Assembly: GCA_905178155.1 (NCBI GenBank)
Contig: CAJINV010000004.1
Location: forward strand, 10,585,655-10,649,654
DNA: 64,000 nt
Direction: 5' to 3'
Origin: Amoebophrya sp. A120
Taxonomy: Eukaryota > Protista > Dinoflagellata
Position numbers and translations under genes: made by a program. Below are positions 1 through 14,600 of this stretch, piece after piece (position 1 is the stretch's first letter; each line of letters starts with the position of its first letter). The notes beneath the pieces were generated by a model. That model was not told the origin of the DNA, made no database searches, and worked only from the letters and a program-made list of their open reading frames with translations.

Positions 1-3000
1 GAAATCCGTAAGATTTTATTTCCTCGATCTCATGTTTCGGATGCGTCCAAAGCCGAACGAGTTGAGAAATGCAATCTGTCACAAGATGCAGTATTTTCAA
101 TCGTAGCAAAAGAAAGCGAGCAAAATCATTCGCCCGAGTACACAGCAAGAAAGCTAGCACACCTCTACAGCGTTCGCGAATCAGCATTGAGGAAGGTGCG
201 CGAGGCGAACGATGCTCATCGGAATAAAAAGGACGAGCAGCACCGAAATCATGAAACAGCTTTTAATTGTGTCGATGATGCAATTTGCGACAGTGGCGCA
301 ACAAGTCACATGTCGGGCCGACCAGAGATTTTCGAATCTTGGGACGACAGTAATCCAGTGCGAATAACTGTAGCAGACGGAAAAGAGTTGGATGGCCCTG
401 GATATTTTGGCACATTGAAACCAAACGCACTTGGTTGCAAGCGTGCAATATTCCATCCATTCCTTCCACAGACCCTCCTCAGTGTCGAGCAACTGAAGAA
501 AGAAGGCTATAGAGTTGTTTTCGACGAAGGGGGCAACTACTTGCAAAGTAGGAAGACAGGAAAGAGAATTTTTCTTCACAAAGGGATCGGAACCAAGCTG
601 CCGGCCGTGGCACTTGGGTTCAACGAAGATCCAGGTGAAAAGGGTTTGTTGTGCGAAGAGATCGAGACAGAGTCCACTATGATGACAAAGGCTGAGAAAA
701 TGCTTCTTGATCATCAGCGTGCTGGACATCGTAGTCTACCAGGAATAGTAGTCCGATGTCCTGCCTGCGATCTCGCGAAAAGCAAAGGCGCGCAACATGC
801 AAAAGCGAAGAAAGAATGCTACAAAGTTGAAAAATTCAATGACCAAGTTGATTTTGACTTTACTGGACCGTGGGAACCTGACTACTGGTCGCAAAGATGG
901 GTGCTAAATGCCATCGATCAAGCAACCAGCTGGCCTCGTTCTTTCATCTGCAAAAGCAAAGCAGAAGCAGGCGCAAAGCTGCAGGTCTGGATAAATGAAG
1001 AGGGACCACCGAAAAGAGTGAGATCCGACAATGCCAAAGAGTTCAAGGAACCAGGTAGCACTTGGAAAAAGACAGCACAGAAACAGTCCCCGCCGATTCA
1101 TACTGACTACTCAGCTCCATACGAACCACAAGAAAATGGAAAAGTTGAAAGATACAATCAAACTCACCAGAACGGAGTGAGGGCAATGATGGTCGGAGTC
1201 GATAAGCGTATGTGGAGTTATGCAGCACGCACTTTCTCCCACATATTCGCCCGAACCCCTACAGCCAAAGGAGGCGAGTCGCCATTTGAAAAACGCTTCA
1301 AAAGAAAACCTTCCATCAAGTATTTCCGACGTTTCGGATGCTTGGTATACGCGAAGGATCACTCACAGAAGTCGAAGCTTGAAGACCGGTTTACCCGTGG
1401 AATCTTTCTAGGCTACGCCCAAGAAAATTCTACATACCTGGTAGGCATGTGGTCCGCAGATGGTCGATGTAAGAAAAGCTCCAAAATCCGCTTCGGAGTC
1501 CACGAGGTGAAGTGTTGTAAGTTTGATGAATCAGTGCTGGTCAGCAAGATAGATGATCTGAAGCCGGACGCTGACAAGTTGTTAATTGATTTTCCGAATC
1601 CGGCGCGTCTGGGTGATAGTTCGCAGCTCGTAGAGCCGAATGTGCCCGCTGTAGATCATGATCAAAGCAGTCGTGGTCAGGACGCTCCGAGGACCGATCG
1701 TTCGAAAGATGAAGAAGATGCGGACAAACGCAGTTCGAAGGAAAAAGAAACCGTCGAAAACGACGAGGGCAAGAGTTTCGAAGGGGGTGAGCAACCTGAG
1801 GAAGGGGGCGAGGAAAATCAAAACCCTAATCAGGATTGGCTCGATTTGTTTTCAGAGGAGGCGCCTGAAAAATCCCCGAAGCAGAAAAAGAAAGCTGAGA
1901 ATGGAAATCGAAAAAGAAAGTCTAATACAGTTGATGCTGATGAAAAAGAGAACGAGACACAAGAAGCGCCTAGGATCCTCGTTGAAGGACCTACACGAAA
2001 GAAACTTCGCAAGAAGGGCCGAGGGCATGACAAGAAAAAGCGCAAAGAACGCAACGACAAAGGCCAAAGTCGTGGCCCTCGAGCAAAGAAAAGGCAGAAA
2101 GTCAATCTTGTGTCGTCATCTGACCTTTTGAAAGATCTTCCGATGGAATTTGAAAAAGAAGCAGAAGCTATATTCCAGATTCGTCATGAATTAGAGGAGG
2201 ACGAAACTCCTTACCTCTTTGGCTTGCAGCACACTTGGGCCAAGTGTCTGGAAAGTCCTGACGCAATCAAATGGATCGAGTCAGATACGAAAGAACGCCT
2301 AGCGCTAGAAGAAGCAAAAACGTGGAGGCATGCAACCGCAGAAGACATCAAAGAGATGGGTGATAAGTTAGAGATTATCCCGACGGTATGCATCTACACG
2401 AAGAAGAGAGACGGACGCTACAAGTGTCGTCTCGTAGCACTAGGAAACAGGCAAAAGCTATCTCTTCAAGGAGAAATATACAGCCCAACTGTGAGCCATG
2501 CCGCTAACAGGTATTTACTTGTTGAAGCAGCAGCACGCGGATGGAAAGTTAGACAGTTCGATATTTCAAATGCGTTTGTGCGTGCAGCTCTAGGTGACGA
2601 GATCGCGTTATGTCGCCTGCCCAAGCACAACAGCTGGAGCAAGAACAAAGAAAAAGGCGATGTTGTCAGGCTGTTAAAGTCGTTATACGGTCTGAAGATC
2701 AGCCCACGCCGCTGGTATGACGAATATTCCGGCAGACTCAAGAAGTTAGGCTGGGTTGTATCCGAACACGAACCAGGTTTGTTCAAGAAGTTTGCAAAAG
2801 ACAAACAGGGAAAAGAGCAAGAGCTCTGGCTAGCAGTTTACGTAGATGACAACATTATCTCAGGCGAAGATGATGACCTTGTCGCTGCAGAAATGAATGC
2901 AATTTTAGCAGAGTTCCCAGGAAAAGAAATTCTCGCAGAATATGACAAGGAAGGCAATGAGATCCGCGACCTTCTCGGCGCAAAGTTGACCTTCAACGCG

Positions 3001-3894
3001 AAAAAGAGAGTCATGAAAATCACTTGCGAAGACGCAATTGATAAGCTGCTTGAGAAATTTCACATGAAGGACTGCCGCGCAGTAGTTTCCCCATGTTTAC
3101 CAAATTCCCACGCAGACTTGGACTCGCCGTCGAATTCCACATTTCCGATAAGATCGCTAGTAGGCGGAATGTTGTATATCAGTTGCGTTGCCCGGCCTGA
3201 TATCGCATTCGCAGTACAAAGAGTAGCGACGCAGGTAGCTAGTCCAACCGACCAAACGGTAAAAGATGCTAAGCGTATTCTGGCGTATTTGAAAGGAACC
3301 AAATCGCAAGGATTGGAATACAGCAAGCAGCAAGAGAAAAAGTTCAAAGAAATCTACACAAAAGCCGCAGAGCTAGAAAACAAGGAATACAGAGACACTA
3401 TTGCTTTCTGCGATGCAGATTTTGCAGGATGTTCTGTAAGTTTTCGATCCACGTCAGGAACAATCCTATATCGACGCGGAGTTCCCATCTGTTGGAAGTC
3501 GAAACGTCAATCGATTCGAGCTACGTCAACAATGGAAGCCGAGTATTGCGCGATGTATGACTGTGTAAGGATGACTATGGACCAAGGATATTTGAACTGG
3601 TTTTCAGAACAAGAGTCAGGATCTCTACCGTTGATCTTCAACGACAACAAGTCCGCGCTTGCGTTGAGTCAGACAACCGTAGCCACGAAAAGATCCAAGC
3701 ACATGAGTCTTCGACTACACCTAGTACGAGACTACGTAAAAGACTTGTGCTATGTAAACACGGATATCAATCTAGCGGATGGATTGACCAAACCACTTCC
3801 AGGAGAGAAGTATATCCAAATCTTCAAAGCTCCCGCACGAAAAGCTAATGAAGTATTTGCGAAAGCCCACTTTGTTGACTTCAATAATCTCTAG
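1..3894 (+). mobile_element. Ty1/Copia LTR retrotransposon pol polyprotein (5' part outside window)
   Basis: Frame open from base 1. Order PR-IN-RT-RH: protease CDSGATSHM; integrase HQRAGH..CPAC, DFTGP, RSDNAKEF, ENGKVERYN; RT YGLKISPRRW, YVDD; RNase H CDADFAG, EAEY, NLADGLTKPL. No stops or frameshifts. Confidence 0.96.
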
Positions 3895-3962
3895 GATTGA
3901 TTGATGCGAATTTCACACAAAGTCATCTCATCTGATTCACTTCGATGATTTAATGTTCATTC

Positions 3963-4384
3963 GGAAGGGGGAATGTTAGGCAAGATATGAAATCCACCAG
4001 GATCATAAGCCAAGCAAATTCCCTACGACCTAAATTGAATGCTCATTGAAATCAGGCTCTAAATTTGTCGTTCAAATTTGGATCCAATGTGAAATCAGCA
4101 TGTTCATACAAATGAACCAAAAATGAAGTTCATTCTAAACCCACACTGTAAGCTAGTGATGATCAACGATGGTTGATCGGATTTCTCATAAATTTAGGGT
4201 GATTAGAACAAATTTGAACTTTCATGTTTACCCCCTTGACTGAGACGTCAGAAATTGTGTGTTGTTTGGAACCCTAAATTTTTCCCCACAGGCTGTGACG
4301 ATAGTCACCATAGATTGATTGCGACTAAGAAACACTGAATCCCACCTAGATTCTGCTTGACATGCAAGATGGCCAGTGTTCACA
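3963..4384 (+). repeat. Polypurine tract (3963-3973) and probable 3' LTR starting TG at 3974; right boundary approximate
   Basis: GGAAGGGGGAA directly followed by TGTTAGG, about 70 bp after the pol stop. The CA end is uncertain (candidates 4362, 4384) because the 5' LTR is outside the window. Confidence 0.65.
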
Positions 4385-4480
4385 CCGCCCGCGTTTCTTC
4401 GTCGTTGATTGTCTTCACACCGTAAAAATTCGGTTGACAGTTATAATTTTGGGTTTTGTTGTTCTCTCGCAAGTTTGCAG

Positions 4481-5482
4481 GGATTCAGGAGATGGTATGC
4501 AATGGAGACTGTTTTCATCAACGCATCAAATTGAAAACCCAGGCCTGACCGCCCGCGAGCTTTCCCTGTTTACCTCCGCGGTAGACGACCATTTCACGAT
4601 AAAAGTAGTCGAGGTCGAGCGGATCTCCGACGCGAGCTCGGTCATATCCTGTGTAAAAACGTCCCCACACCAGAGTCAGGATGGGGATTTTGCAACACAA
4701 ACCTAGGAGTTTTGGGAGTCACGCATGACAAATTGCACTCCGCAGTGTAGTGCTGGTTAGCAAGTGCAGCCGCGTCACAGATTCATCTGCTCATCCTGTT
4801 CACAGCATCACAAATTCCAAAACACGGCTGAAAATGGCTCTCATGGGGATGCGCAATACAAGTCTTCCTGTCTTTGCAAATCTGCATTACAACTCTGGTT
4901 TGGGTACGCTTTTACTCAGGATAGGTCACCACGGTGACCTACTGCTACCGCGAGGAGTTCGTGTTGCCCATGCTCCTGCCCGTGATATCAAATGCAAAAA
5001 TGTCTGGGTCTGGAAGATTGCGAGATTTGTCATGCTTGTCTGGCATGACCAAAAAGTTTGTGATGCGTGTCCAAGAAGAGACCCTTTTGCCTGTCATGCA
5101 AAAACGCAGTTTGTCATTCGAAAAACGCAACACAAAGAAGCGCAGACATTTCTCATGCTTGCCTGTGCATTACAGAGCATTCACTATTCCCAACGCAGCA
5201 TTACAAGTTTCCAGACCCAGACATATTTGCAGTTGATACGTGAAGTGGCAGTATGAAACGCATTTCGCTTGCACGCCGGAGCTCGTGGAAAAGGCGTGCA
5301 CGTACGCGAAGGAGATAAGATTGGAATTCGCGCTGACGTACGATGTGCACCGGGAATACGACGAGGAGGACATCAGGGAGGCCGTCCGTTTGATTCAGTT
5401 TAAGAAAGAAACGAACAAAAACTACATGGGCCAGGCCTTTGTCGATCGGACACCAACTGTGGTCAAGTATGACGACTTTTAG
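4481..5482 (+). CDS. Hypothetical protein, 3' exons (start uncertain), interrupted by 2 introner elements
   Basis: Acceptor-like tttgcag at 4480. Removing IE1 and IE2 joins ORFs 4362, 4934 and 5240 in frame: ...DASSVTTVTYCYREEF..LLPVKWQYETHF..KYDDF*. Confidence 0.7.
4645..4923. mobile_element. IE1, introner family B (TIR TATCCTGTGTAAAAACGTCCCCAC), 279 bp
   Basis: TIRs; TSD ggtca/ggtca; removal restores frame. Confidence 0.92.
4986..5238. mobile_element. IE2, introner family A (TIR TATCAAATGCAAAAATGTCTGGGTCTGGAA), 253 bp
   Basis: TIRs; TSD cgtga/cgtga; removal restores frame. Confidence 0.93.
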
Positions 5483-6212
5483 TAGAAACGAGATGCAAGC
5501 GGCATACGACCTGCATGTGATCGTAATAATGCTATTTGCGCAGGAACAACATCAGGAAGAACAAAAGCTACCAACACGAGTCATTAGACGCTGTTGGCCT
5601 CCTGTGTTGTAGCGACTTGAGCTACAGAATCGGTTTCGTTCCACGTGCTCTCGTTCAAATTCCGTTCGTACTAGTCTTGTTGTTTTCGTACATACAAATT
5701 AGAACCGTGATCATCACAGACACACACTCAACGATGCGGTCGGTTCGGTCTTCGTCATTCGTGCTTCTGAACGGACCAGCTGTAGTCTCGTGCCATCTAT
5801 CTGTTGTACGCTGATCATCTCGCGATTTCTTTTTTTTGGTGCATGATGTTTTTCGAAATTATTGCTACAACCCCAATCGAAAACAACAGTCAGTTTCAGG
5901 AGAAATTTGATCTTACATACACGAACGCAAATTCGTCAAGAGATCTGACTTGATAGCTCCCCAACGAAGACCTCGGCCCACCCTTTTTCTGTTTGAGTGA
6001 ACGCACAAATCACGAACGTCGTTCTCTATTTGAGGCCAAGAAATTAATTGTCCCACGAGCTTGTAGCGGCGCTCCATGTTCTATTTTGAAGACTCTTTAG
6101 ACAGAAATTTTGTCCTCGCTTGTACCTCATGAATGTGAAGATATCGTGATAAAGTAGAAGTGTATCATATCCTGATATTGTGGTAATCATCACCTGTGTA
6201 GGAAAGCAAACA

Positions 6213-9200
6213 ATGGTAGCCGACCAAACCCCTGTTGACGACACCATGCAGGCACAAAAGACCGCGGAAAGCAGTACTACCTGCACCACGCAGGAAGACA
6301 GCCAGTCAACATGCGGAAGTAGTACTTCCACGTGGCAGGAGCTGAAGCAGGAGGGCAACGACTTTTTCCAGAAGGGAGATCTGCAACCCGCGATAGAGAA
6401 GTACTCCGACGGGATAAGTAAACTCGCAGCTTTGTGCAACAGTGGTACCACAACAGGAAGTTCTTGTGCACGACCACAGCAGCAGGATCATGTTCAGGAT
6501 GCGGCGAATTTCACGCCGGAAAAAAACAAGCAGAAAGCGGAGGAGCGACAGTCATTGGGCCAAATGTACAACAACCGCGCGCTGTGCTTCTTCAAGCAGG
6601 AGCAGTGGCAGAAGACGGTGGACGACTGCACAAGCTGTCTCAAACTCCTGGACCAGTATCCGAAAGCGCTCTACCGAAGGGCATTGGCGCTCGAGCAATT
6701 GCAGAACTACTCCCGTGCGCTCTCCGACGCGGTGCTGTTTGCAAAACTCGACAAGAAGCTCGGCCCACCACTGGTGCAGAAGTTGCAGAAGGACGCGCGG
6801 GCGTTCTACGAACACAGGCAAGTGGAGAGGAACGCGGTTTTGCAGAATCAGTTGTCCAGCAGCCAGGCTTTGCAGATCGTGAAGGACAAACTTTTGATGT
6901 CCCCGGTAGGAAGTACAAATAAGGCAGAGGAGACATCAGAACAGCACTTGAATTTCAAAAGGATCTTTGACTCCCACGACGTGGCCCCGGCGATCAACAG
7001 TCTGACCAGGAGCTTAGTCAACAGCACTGCGAGCAAGAAATCGTTGCTCCAGTTAGAGTCCGTGGAATTAATCTGCAAGGCGATCAAGACGATCCTCAGC
7101 CTCGAGCAGGGCGGGACGGTCTTAGATGTGGAGACGAACGAGGAGGAGGTGATCGAAGCAAGCGGTCTGGTCAAGTTCCTACGGGACAGATTTGAAAATA
7201 ATACCGTAGAGCAGGCTGTAGTTGCAGGTGAAAATCAAAATCGGAGCAAACCTGCTTCAAATTTGTCACCGAATAAATCGCTGTTAGATCCGAAGGAAGA
7301 GGAGAATTTCGCGACCATCCTTGGCAGGGCGTTTCAGTTTTTGCACTTCATGGGCAACTACACGTGGACAGAGGACGACATGCTGGATAAACACGCGGCC
7401 GACAAGCCCTTACCAATAGATGAGGAGAGCAAAACGGCGCAAGAGCTGATCCGCACGAACTTGCCGCTGCACGAGCTGCGGCAGTTGCTACGCTGCGGCA
7501 GGAGCAAGGTCCTGGATGACAGCAAAATTATAACTGCAGGAACAGCTGCGGGGGCATCATCCGACAAGCCTGCTGCGGAGGTCGCAGCGGCCGTGGAGAT
7601 CACGAAAAAAGAAACTACAACTCTGCTTCCCAAGGAAGAACAAGACGCGGAACATCAAACAAGCGCAAGCTCACCTACAAGTACAACAAGTACCTTCAGA
7701 TTTGACGCCACGAACCTGTTGAACAACGAGTTTCTGCTGGAGAACGCCGTGAAAGTCCTGTTTTTCTACAGTCCGAACATCACCCAGACCTACCACGGGA
7801 TCAAGGGAAAGTTGGAGGACCAGACTCTTCTCGAAACGCTGTCCGACTTGCACGACCGGTTGCAAACGTTCGCGAACAGCTCCGCGATCGCCGTCACGTC
7901 CCAAATCGCGGATGAGCGCAGACGGATGGGTCAACTCGCGAAGGCGTACGTGCCGAACCAACAATTTTACAAATTGGTCGAGTCCTTGCTCCACACGAGC
8001 CCGCCCTGCTCCGAGCAGCTCCGGTCCTGCCTTGCGCAGCTCTGGTTTTTACTAGCCGACAAAGAGCGGCCGAAGAAGGACGCGATCGATTTAGGGGAGG
8101 TGAGCACGAAGATGATTCTTCCCTTTGTCGGCGACGCGAAGGACGACCACACGCTGTTGGCGAACGGGTTTCTCTCGCTAACGACCATGTTTTTCGTCAA
8201 CTCGGAAGCGGCGTCGTCCTGCTTACACCACGAGTGCGGAAAGGTCCTGAACGTGATTTTGAAGCTCTGCTACGCCGTGCACGACATTCAAGCGGCGGAC
8301 ACGCGGTTAGCGCAGATCTACGCGTCCGACGTGCTGGTGCAGTGCATGCGGGACTTGACCACGCGGTCGCAGATCATCCAGGCGGGCGGGGTGGAGATGG
8401 TCACGGGCATCTTCAAGGGCTTGGGGTCGATTCAATTGCGGCAAACCAGTTTGCAAGCGGACCAAACCAGGCTGTTAAAAGCGAAGCTGGTGTGTGTTTT
8501 GGCCCTGATGGCGGCGCACTCGGACGAAATCGCCTGTCAGATCTTTGAGTTCACCGACTTCTTGAAAGCATTGGAAGAGGCGTTCGCGTATGTGAAGGAA
8601 TTGTCGGTCCAAGTTGCGGAGACCAGGAAAAGGCTAGAGACCGACATCAAGAAAAACGCGACTGGCTTTTCGGCCGCAAGTAGGAATAAAGACAACAGCG
8701 ATAGGACACCCGCAACCAAATCCGATGCGTTGCAGAGCCGACCAGCGGAAAATAGTAAGAAAAACCAGAACTACAGTGCGACGGCCTCAAATAAGTCCTC
8801 TAGTACCCTCCAGCAACAGAAGAACCCGTTTACCAGTCTTCCCGACGAGCGGTTGATTTCTTTGCAGAACGAGAACTTGGGCGAGAAGGAGCTGCTCCGC
8901 TCCCTCGAGTTCGACAATCTACTGAAACTGAAAAAAGCGTTCCTCGAGGCGTTCGTGTATCTTTCGCTCCACAAAGACTTCAAGGCGGAATTTATCCAAA
9001 ACGACAAGTTGGTCACGGAGTTCCTCTGCAACTTCGTGCAAATGGACGACATCACCGCGGATAGTATTGTTGGTTTTTACTACACGACCATATTATTCAA
9101 CTTTTTCCGGTCGAACGAAGACAAGATCCGCCCCAGAAGGCAGGAGTACCCGTACAACGAGATGGACGACGACCAGATCGAAGCGTTAGAGCAGTTCTAC

Positions 9201-10929
9201 CAAAAGATGCCGGCGCAGTCCAGAGCGGCGCAGAACGGTGCGGTCGACGCCGGCGATGCGGCCCTGGCGTTCAAGTACCGAAAATTTGTGATGGAGCACG
9301 AGCATTGCCTGGAGAAACTCCACCAGTGTTCCTACAGCTCCGCTTTGACACTTCAGGGGCAGATGTCGTTGGCGCTGCTCTACAACTTTTTAACCCAGAA
9401 CCAGGAGGATTTGACCTGGCGCAGGGTTTTGATGAAAACGGGTGCGGTTCCCGTTCTGCTCCGACTCCACACGCAGCTGCTCAAAAACAACGCGATCAAG
9501 GAGAACGAGAAGGCGGTGGACGCCTGCCGGCAAGCGTTAGCCCATATCGCGATCGTGACGAATCCGGAGCTCTACCAGTACCAAGACGCCGCGGACATGG
9601 TCGTGCCCTTGTTGACGATGATGAAGGAGTCAAGACATATCAAGTGCAAAAATGTCTGGGTCTGGAAGCGTGTAAACTTGTCATGCAGATTTTCCATGAC
9701 CCATGAGGTCTGAAATGCGGGACGTAGCATGACAGACTCTGCGAGGTCTCCGCCATGCCTATCCTGCATGAGAAACTCCCTCGCAACTTGGTCGAAAGTG
9801 GACAGCTTTTGGCACTCATGCAGCACAGATTTGTGTATGCTTCAGTTTTACCATGACAAGTTACCACTTTCCAGACCCAGACATATTTGCAATCCATAAG
9901 ACACGAGCTCCACCAATTCGAGGGCGCCATGGCGATCACGAACCTGGCTTCGTCCAAAAACATCCGCGACGTCATTCTGAACGCGAACGGGTGGGAAATC
10001 TCGATGGAGTTGCTGTTTTCCGCGAACGAGCGGGTCCAGCGGGTCGGACTGGAGGTCATGTGCAACTTGTGCACCGAGGGCAGCATCGTGGAGAAGCTGG
10101 CGAAGAAGTGCAACTTGTACTTGGAAGGGAAAGGAGTCGACAACGCGCCGGCGGAAATCAAGGTATAGAAAAATCTTACTTTCTGCCTCTAGTTGTATAT
10201 TTTTATTTGCATTGCTACTTTTGAAGTAGCCGTAGCGCTACCCGCAGCAACTGCAGCTGTTACAACTCATGGTACGCACCCAAGATGCACAGTATTCTCG
10301 AACGCACAAATAATTAAAACCAACAGGTGATGCTCGCTTTCTGCGCCATTGTGACCCGCGACCAGGCCGAGGTGGATCGCATTGAGCGTGAGGAGGCCCT
10401 GGCGAACAAGAGCAGTGACGACGAGCTGGAGGACTGGCCGGGGAGAAAGAAAAAGTTTGACGAGAAGAAAAAGAAGGAGCAGGAAGATTTGAAGAAAAAA
10501 CAGGAACAAGACGCCGAAACCGGCCCCACGGCGGAACTCCGGAAGATCTTCAAGGACGGGAATCCTTTGAAGAAGCAAGTACCCTTGGAAACGCTCTCCG
10601 ACAACGACCGAAGGTTGTTAATCGCCGCCTCCGGCTGCCTCGCGCAGTTGACGGAGGACGATTCGATCTGCAAAATGATTTCCGTCACCGAGCAGTTCTC
10701 CTATTTGCTAGATTTGGTCGCGTGGGAAACGGCCGACCCGGATTCCGAGTTTCGCGCCATGACCGCGGTGTGCAATCTGATCGCCAGCGACGCGGTGCTT
10801 GGGCACATCAAGCACTTGGCGCAGGGCGCGATCGAGAAGAAAAAGAATTCCAAGAACGGGTTTGCGAATCCCAGGTCGAAACAGACGTACGAATTTTTGC
10901 TGGAATTTCAAAAACAGAGCGGGAAGTGA
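6213..10929 (+). CDS. UNC45: UNC-45-like myosin chaperone (N-terminal TPR, C-terminal UCS/ARM domain)
   Basis: TPR motifs (LKQEGNDFFQKGD, YNNRALCFFK, KALYRRALALE). UCS-like CRQALAHIAIVTNP and, after removing IE3, HELHQFEGAMAITNLAS..VQRVGLEVMCNL. GT-AG intron 10163-10326. Confidence 0.85.
9638..9898. mobile_element. IE3, family A, 261 bp
   Basis: TIRs; TSD agaca/agaca; removal restores the UCS domain frame. Confidence 0.93.
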
Positions 10930-11652
10930 AGTGTTGCATCAATGGTGCGAAGTAGATGAAAAGCGGAGGCACGACGTTTGGCTACGCTTTTTAGCAAATC
11001 ATTCAGTGCCACATCCACTTCCAAGAAAAATCCCTCATCTGTGGCGACATTTTTTCTTCACCATAGACCCTAAGAGAAACATCAGTCTCTTCGAGGACCA
11101 TGACCCAGACTGAGTCTACCCACATGACAACTACACCGCAAAGCGTTGTTTTCCCATCGACCGCGCAATCGAGTAAGATATCAAGAGAGCAGCCGGGTGA
11201 GAATCGTCGGCGAAGTCTTCGCATGGACGTCTGGTCGGGAGGTACAAAAAGGTGTTCACATCCACCGTCTGCAATTTCGTCGTCGAAGCATGGTGATGCT
11301 ATCTGTTGGGTCGTCATGGATCATTTTCTCGTACTAGCTCCTCTTACACAAAACCATCGTCTACAAACGGGGTGAGAGAAAAAATACGCGGATTCTTCTA
11401 TCATCTTCGGAAGGTGCCTGGAGGTTGGCAACACCATCAACATCAATGTGCTTTTTACTTCTGAAGTCATACATACAATAGGCGTTTTCTTCTCTGCGCA
11501 AGTAGCTCAGCCGAGATTCGCTAGGTTCTTCACTGCGCCAGCCTCTGGACGATTTTCGCATTTGCGCGCTTGCAAAACGCAGTTCTATAATTCGTTGGCC
11601 TCTTGTTCTCACGTAAGAAACAAAAGAAGCTGCAAACAAACTAGAAAGAACC

Positions 11653-14600
11653 ATGGCCGCGTCAATGACCGAGTCACCCGCTCCTCCCTCCACGTTTGAC
11701 ACCATGGACGATGCGGAGAGGAACCGGCTGGCGAACGTAGCAATACAGGGCCCAACGATTATTTGGGATGGTCGCTGCGGCTTCTGCCACCAAGCCGCGA
11801 CGCTGCATTTCCTGAAGTGCGAAGCGCCCGCGAAGATCAACTATCTCTACGTCCAGCACCCGTTTACCCTGTGGCTTTTGGAGGAGAAATTGAAGATCAG
11901 CTATAAAGACGCGGTGTACCGGGTGATCCTACTCGAGGACAACAACATCCTGCGCGGCGCGATGGCGGCCGCGCGGGGCCTGCAGTTGATGAAGGGCTTT
12001 TACAAGTACCTTGGGAACTTCGGCACGGGCGCGTTCGTGCCGAAAAGCGAGCGGGCTATTCACTACGAAACGGTCTCAGAGAACCGGAAGCACGGGGACA
12101 CGCACTATCTGGTGTACCTCGCGAGCAAGTTCATGCAGAGTGCGATTGTCGGCGCGGGTCTCTCCCCCGCGGTCAACAACGACGTGGAAGCGGGGCAAGC
12201 GGGCGCGGTCAAAAATGCGGTCGAGAAGCAGTATGCCGGGATGTTTTTGCACGGGGACGTGGAGATCAAGGTCAGTAACCGGCAGTACCTTTACGCGGAA
12301 TTGAAGGCGGACGCGGGGCCGGTGTCGACGGAAACCTTATCAGAATGAAAAATCCCCCCTCTCCATATCAAAACGAAGTTTCTGATGCTGGATTTGCGTA
12401 CACAAATCAGATTTGTCTTGCTGGCGAGGACTGCAGGCCCATATTGCATATCAAGCCTGAGAAGACAGGTTTTTGCCTAGGCGCTTGGCATGACAGACGT
12501 CTATGCTGTAGGAGCATGAGCATGACAAACCGCCTCGAGAATGCGGCGGAGCCTGTGGAGTTGCCTTCATGCAACACAGAGACGCTTTGTGGTCAAAAAT
12601 CAGCAACGCAAATTTTCGAAAACGTGCCTTGTCAACATGGGGAAGGGGGATTTTTCCTTTTGATAAACCTGCGCGTTTAACCCGAAACGGGACGAGACGG
12701 TGGTTTCACCCACACCGGGATCTGTGTTGGAAAGGGAGGAAGATGACGATTCCGAAACGGATCATGTTGCAGACGATGACGGATTGCTGTCAAATGTCGA
12801 CGAGGACAAAACCAAGGACGGCACGGCGGCTTCCTCGTCTTCTAAAAGTCGGAATAAACAAAAAGCGAAAAAAAGTAGACTTCACTCGCACCCGACGACC
12901 GCGGAATTTTCCTTTCGGGAGTACACGGAAGCTTTCAGCTCTGCCATGGATGTGCAGTCCGCGCCGTGGATCGTCGCGGGTGTGATTGGTTTTTTCATTG
13001 CCCAGATCCTGCAACAGATCCTTTTCGGCAGCCTGAACAAGCAGGGAAAGGCGTTCGACAATACAATTTTCACGGAACTTTCCTGGTTCGTTTCCAAATG
13101 CTACGAGGGGTTTAAACAGTCGCAATTATTTCACGGGAGCGACTGGGTGCCGGACTGGGCGAGGGAGCTGCGAATCGAATTACCGGAGCACGCGATCAAG
13201 ATGTACCAGAACCTGTACGAGCTACCAAGGTGGTCCATGTTTTTGTTGGTGGTGTCCTACTTGGTGCGGATTCCGTGTTCTGCCTGCAGTGCGAGACGGA
13301 AGAAAAGTGTCTTAAACGGAGCTGCAACTAGTGGCGATAATTCGAGGACAAACACGTCCGACGTTCTTCAGGAAGTGAACGCCGACGCGGACTCTTCCGA
13401 AATCCAGCCGGTGCCACGCAAGCAAACAGTTGGGACGAAGGAAGAAAAATCCCCCTACGTCCCCTTGTTCAACCTCGACACGGGCTTCGAGGACCGCTAC
13501 ACGTTTGAATTTGTCCGGACTCTGATGGTGCGGCTGATGGGTGTCGTTTACCTCTTCGGGTTTTTGACCTCCGCGGTGCAACACCGGACCATTTTTGGGA
13601 AATACGGCTTGGAGCCGCAGTGGGAAAAATCCGTCGGCGCGCCGTTTCCCCTCTCGTTATCCGCGGAGAACACCCCGAAGGACAAGCACGGGCCGACGCC
13701 ACTTTTTACCCTCTTCGGGTACGGGGATCTGCAGCTGGAATTCATCTCCTGGACGGGGTTCCTAGCGTCCTTTTGGTTGCTCATCGCGGACCAAACCTAC
13801 GTTTTCTACCCAGCATTGTACTGCTACTTGGGGTATTTGTCCATTGTGAATCTCGAGACCCGCATGGTCGCGGGCTTCGGCTGGGAATGGGACGTGGTGT
13901 CGTTTGGATTTATTTTGCTATTTTTGTGCAGTCCGCCCTTGAACCTCCTGTGGTCCACCTCCGGAAGAACCTCCTCGAGCAGGGGCTGTAGTCTGCTCGC
14001 CGACTCGTTAACCGCGACGCCGAAGTACCAGGTGCTAGGCCCGTCGGTGTTGCTCATCTTCTTGATGCGGTTCCAGACGTTTAAATTCTTACTCGGTGCG
14101 GGCATGAGCAAGTTAACTCCTGGGATCTCCTCCGCTTGCTGGTGGAACTTCACGTGCACAATATGCATTGCAAATATGTCTGGGTCTGGAAAAGTGTAAA
14201 CTTGTCATGCAGAATGTTTCCATGACTCATGAGGCCTGGAATGCGGGACTTAGCATGACAGACTCTGCGAGGTCTCTGCCATGCCTATCCTGCATGAGAA
14301 ATTCCCTTCCAACTTGGCCAAAAGTGGAGAGCTTTTGGCACTCATGCAACACAGATTTTTGCATGCTTCAGATTTGCCATAACAAGTTGCCACCTTCCAG
14401 ACCCAGACATATTTGCAGTTGATACACCAGCACCCACTACCACACACAGGGGCTACCAACCCCCTTCGCTTACTACTTCGAGCATTTACCGGAATTCATG
14501 CACAAAATCGAGGGTGTGACTGTGTTTTTCGAGCAACTCGTTTTACCGGCGTTCTTCCTCTCGCCCTTCCGGACGCTAAGGATTTTCTCCGGGGTCGCGG

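Noticed and set aside
1-3894. Copia integrase as the mobiliser of the introners (both give ~5-bp TSDs)
   Set aside because: LTR integrases need TG...CA ends; the introners end TAT...ATA and lack LTR, PBS or PPT features. Proximity alone is not evidence.
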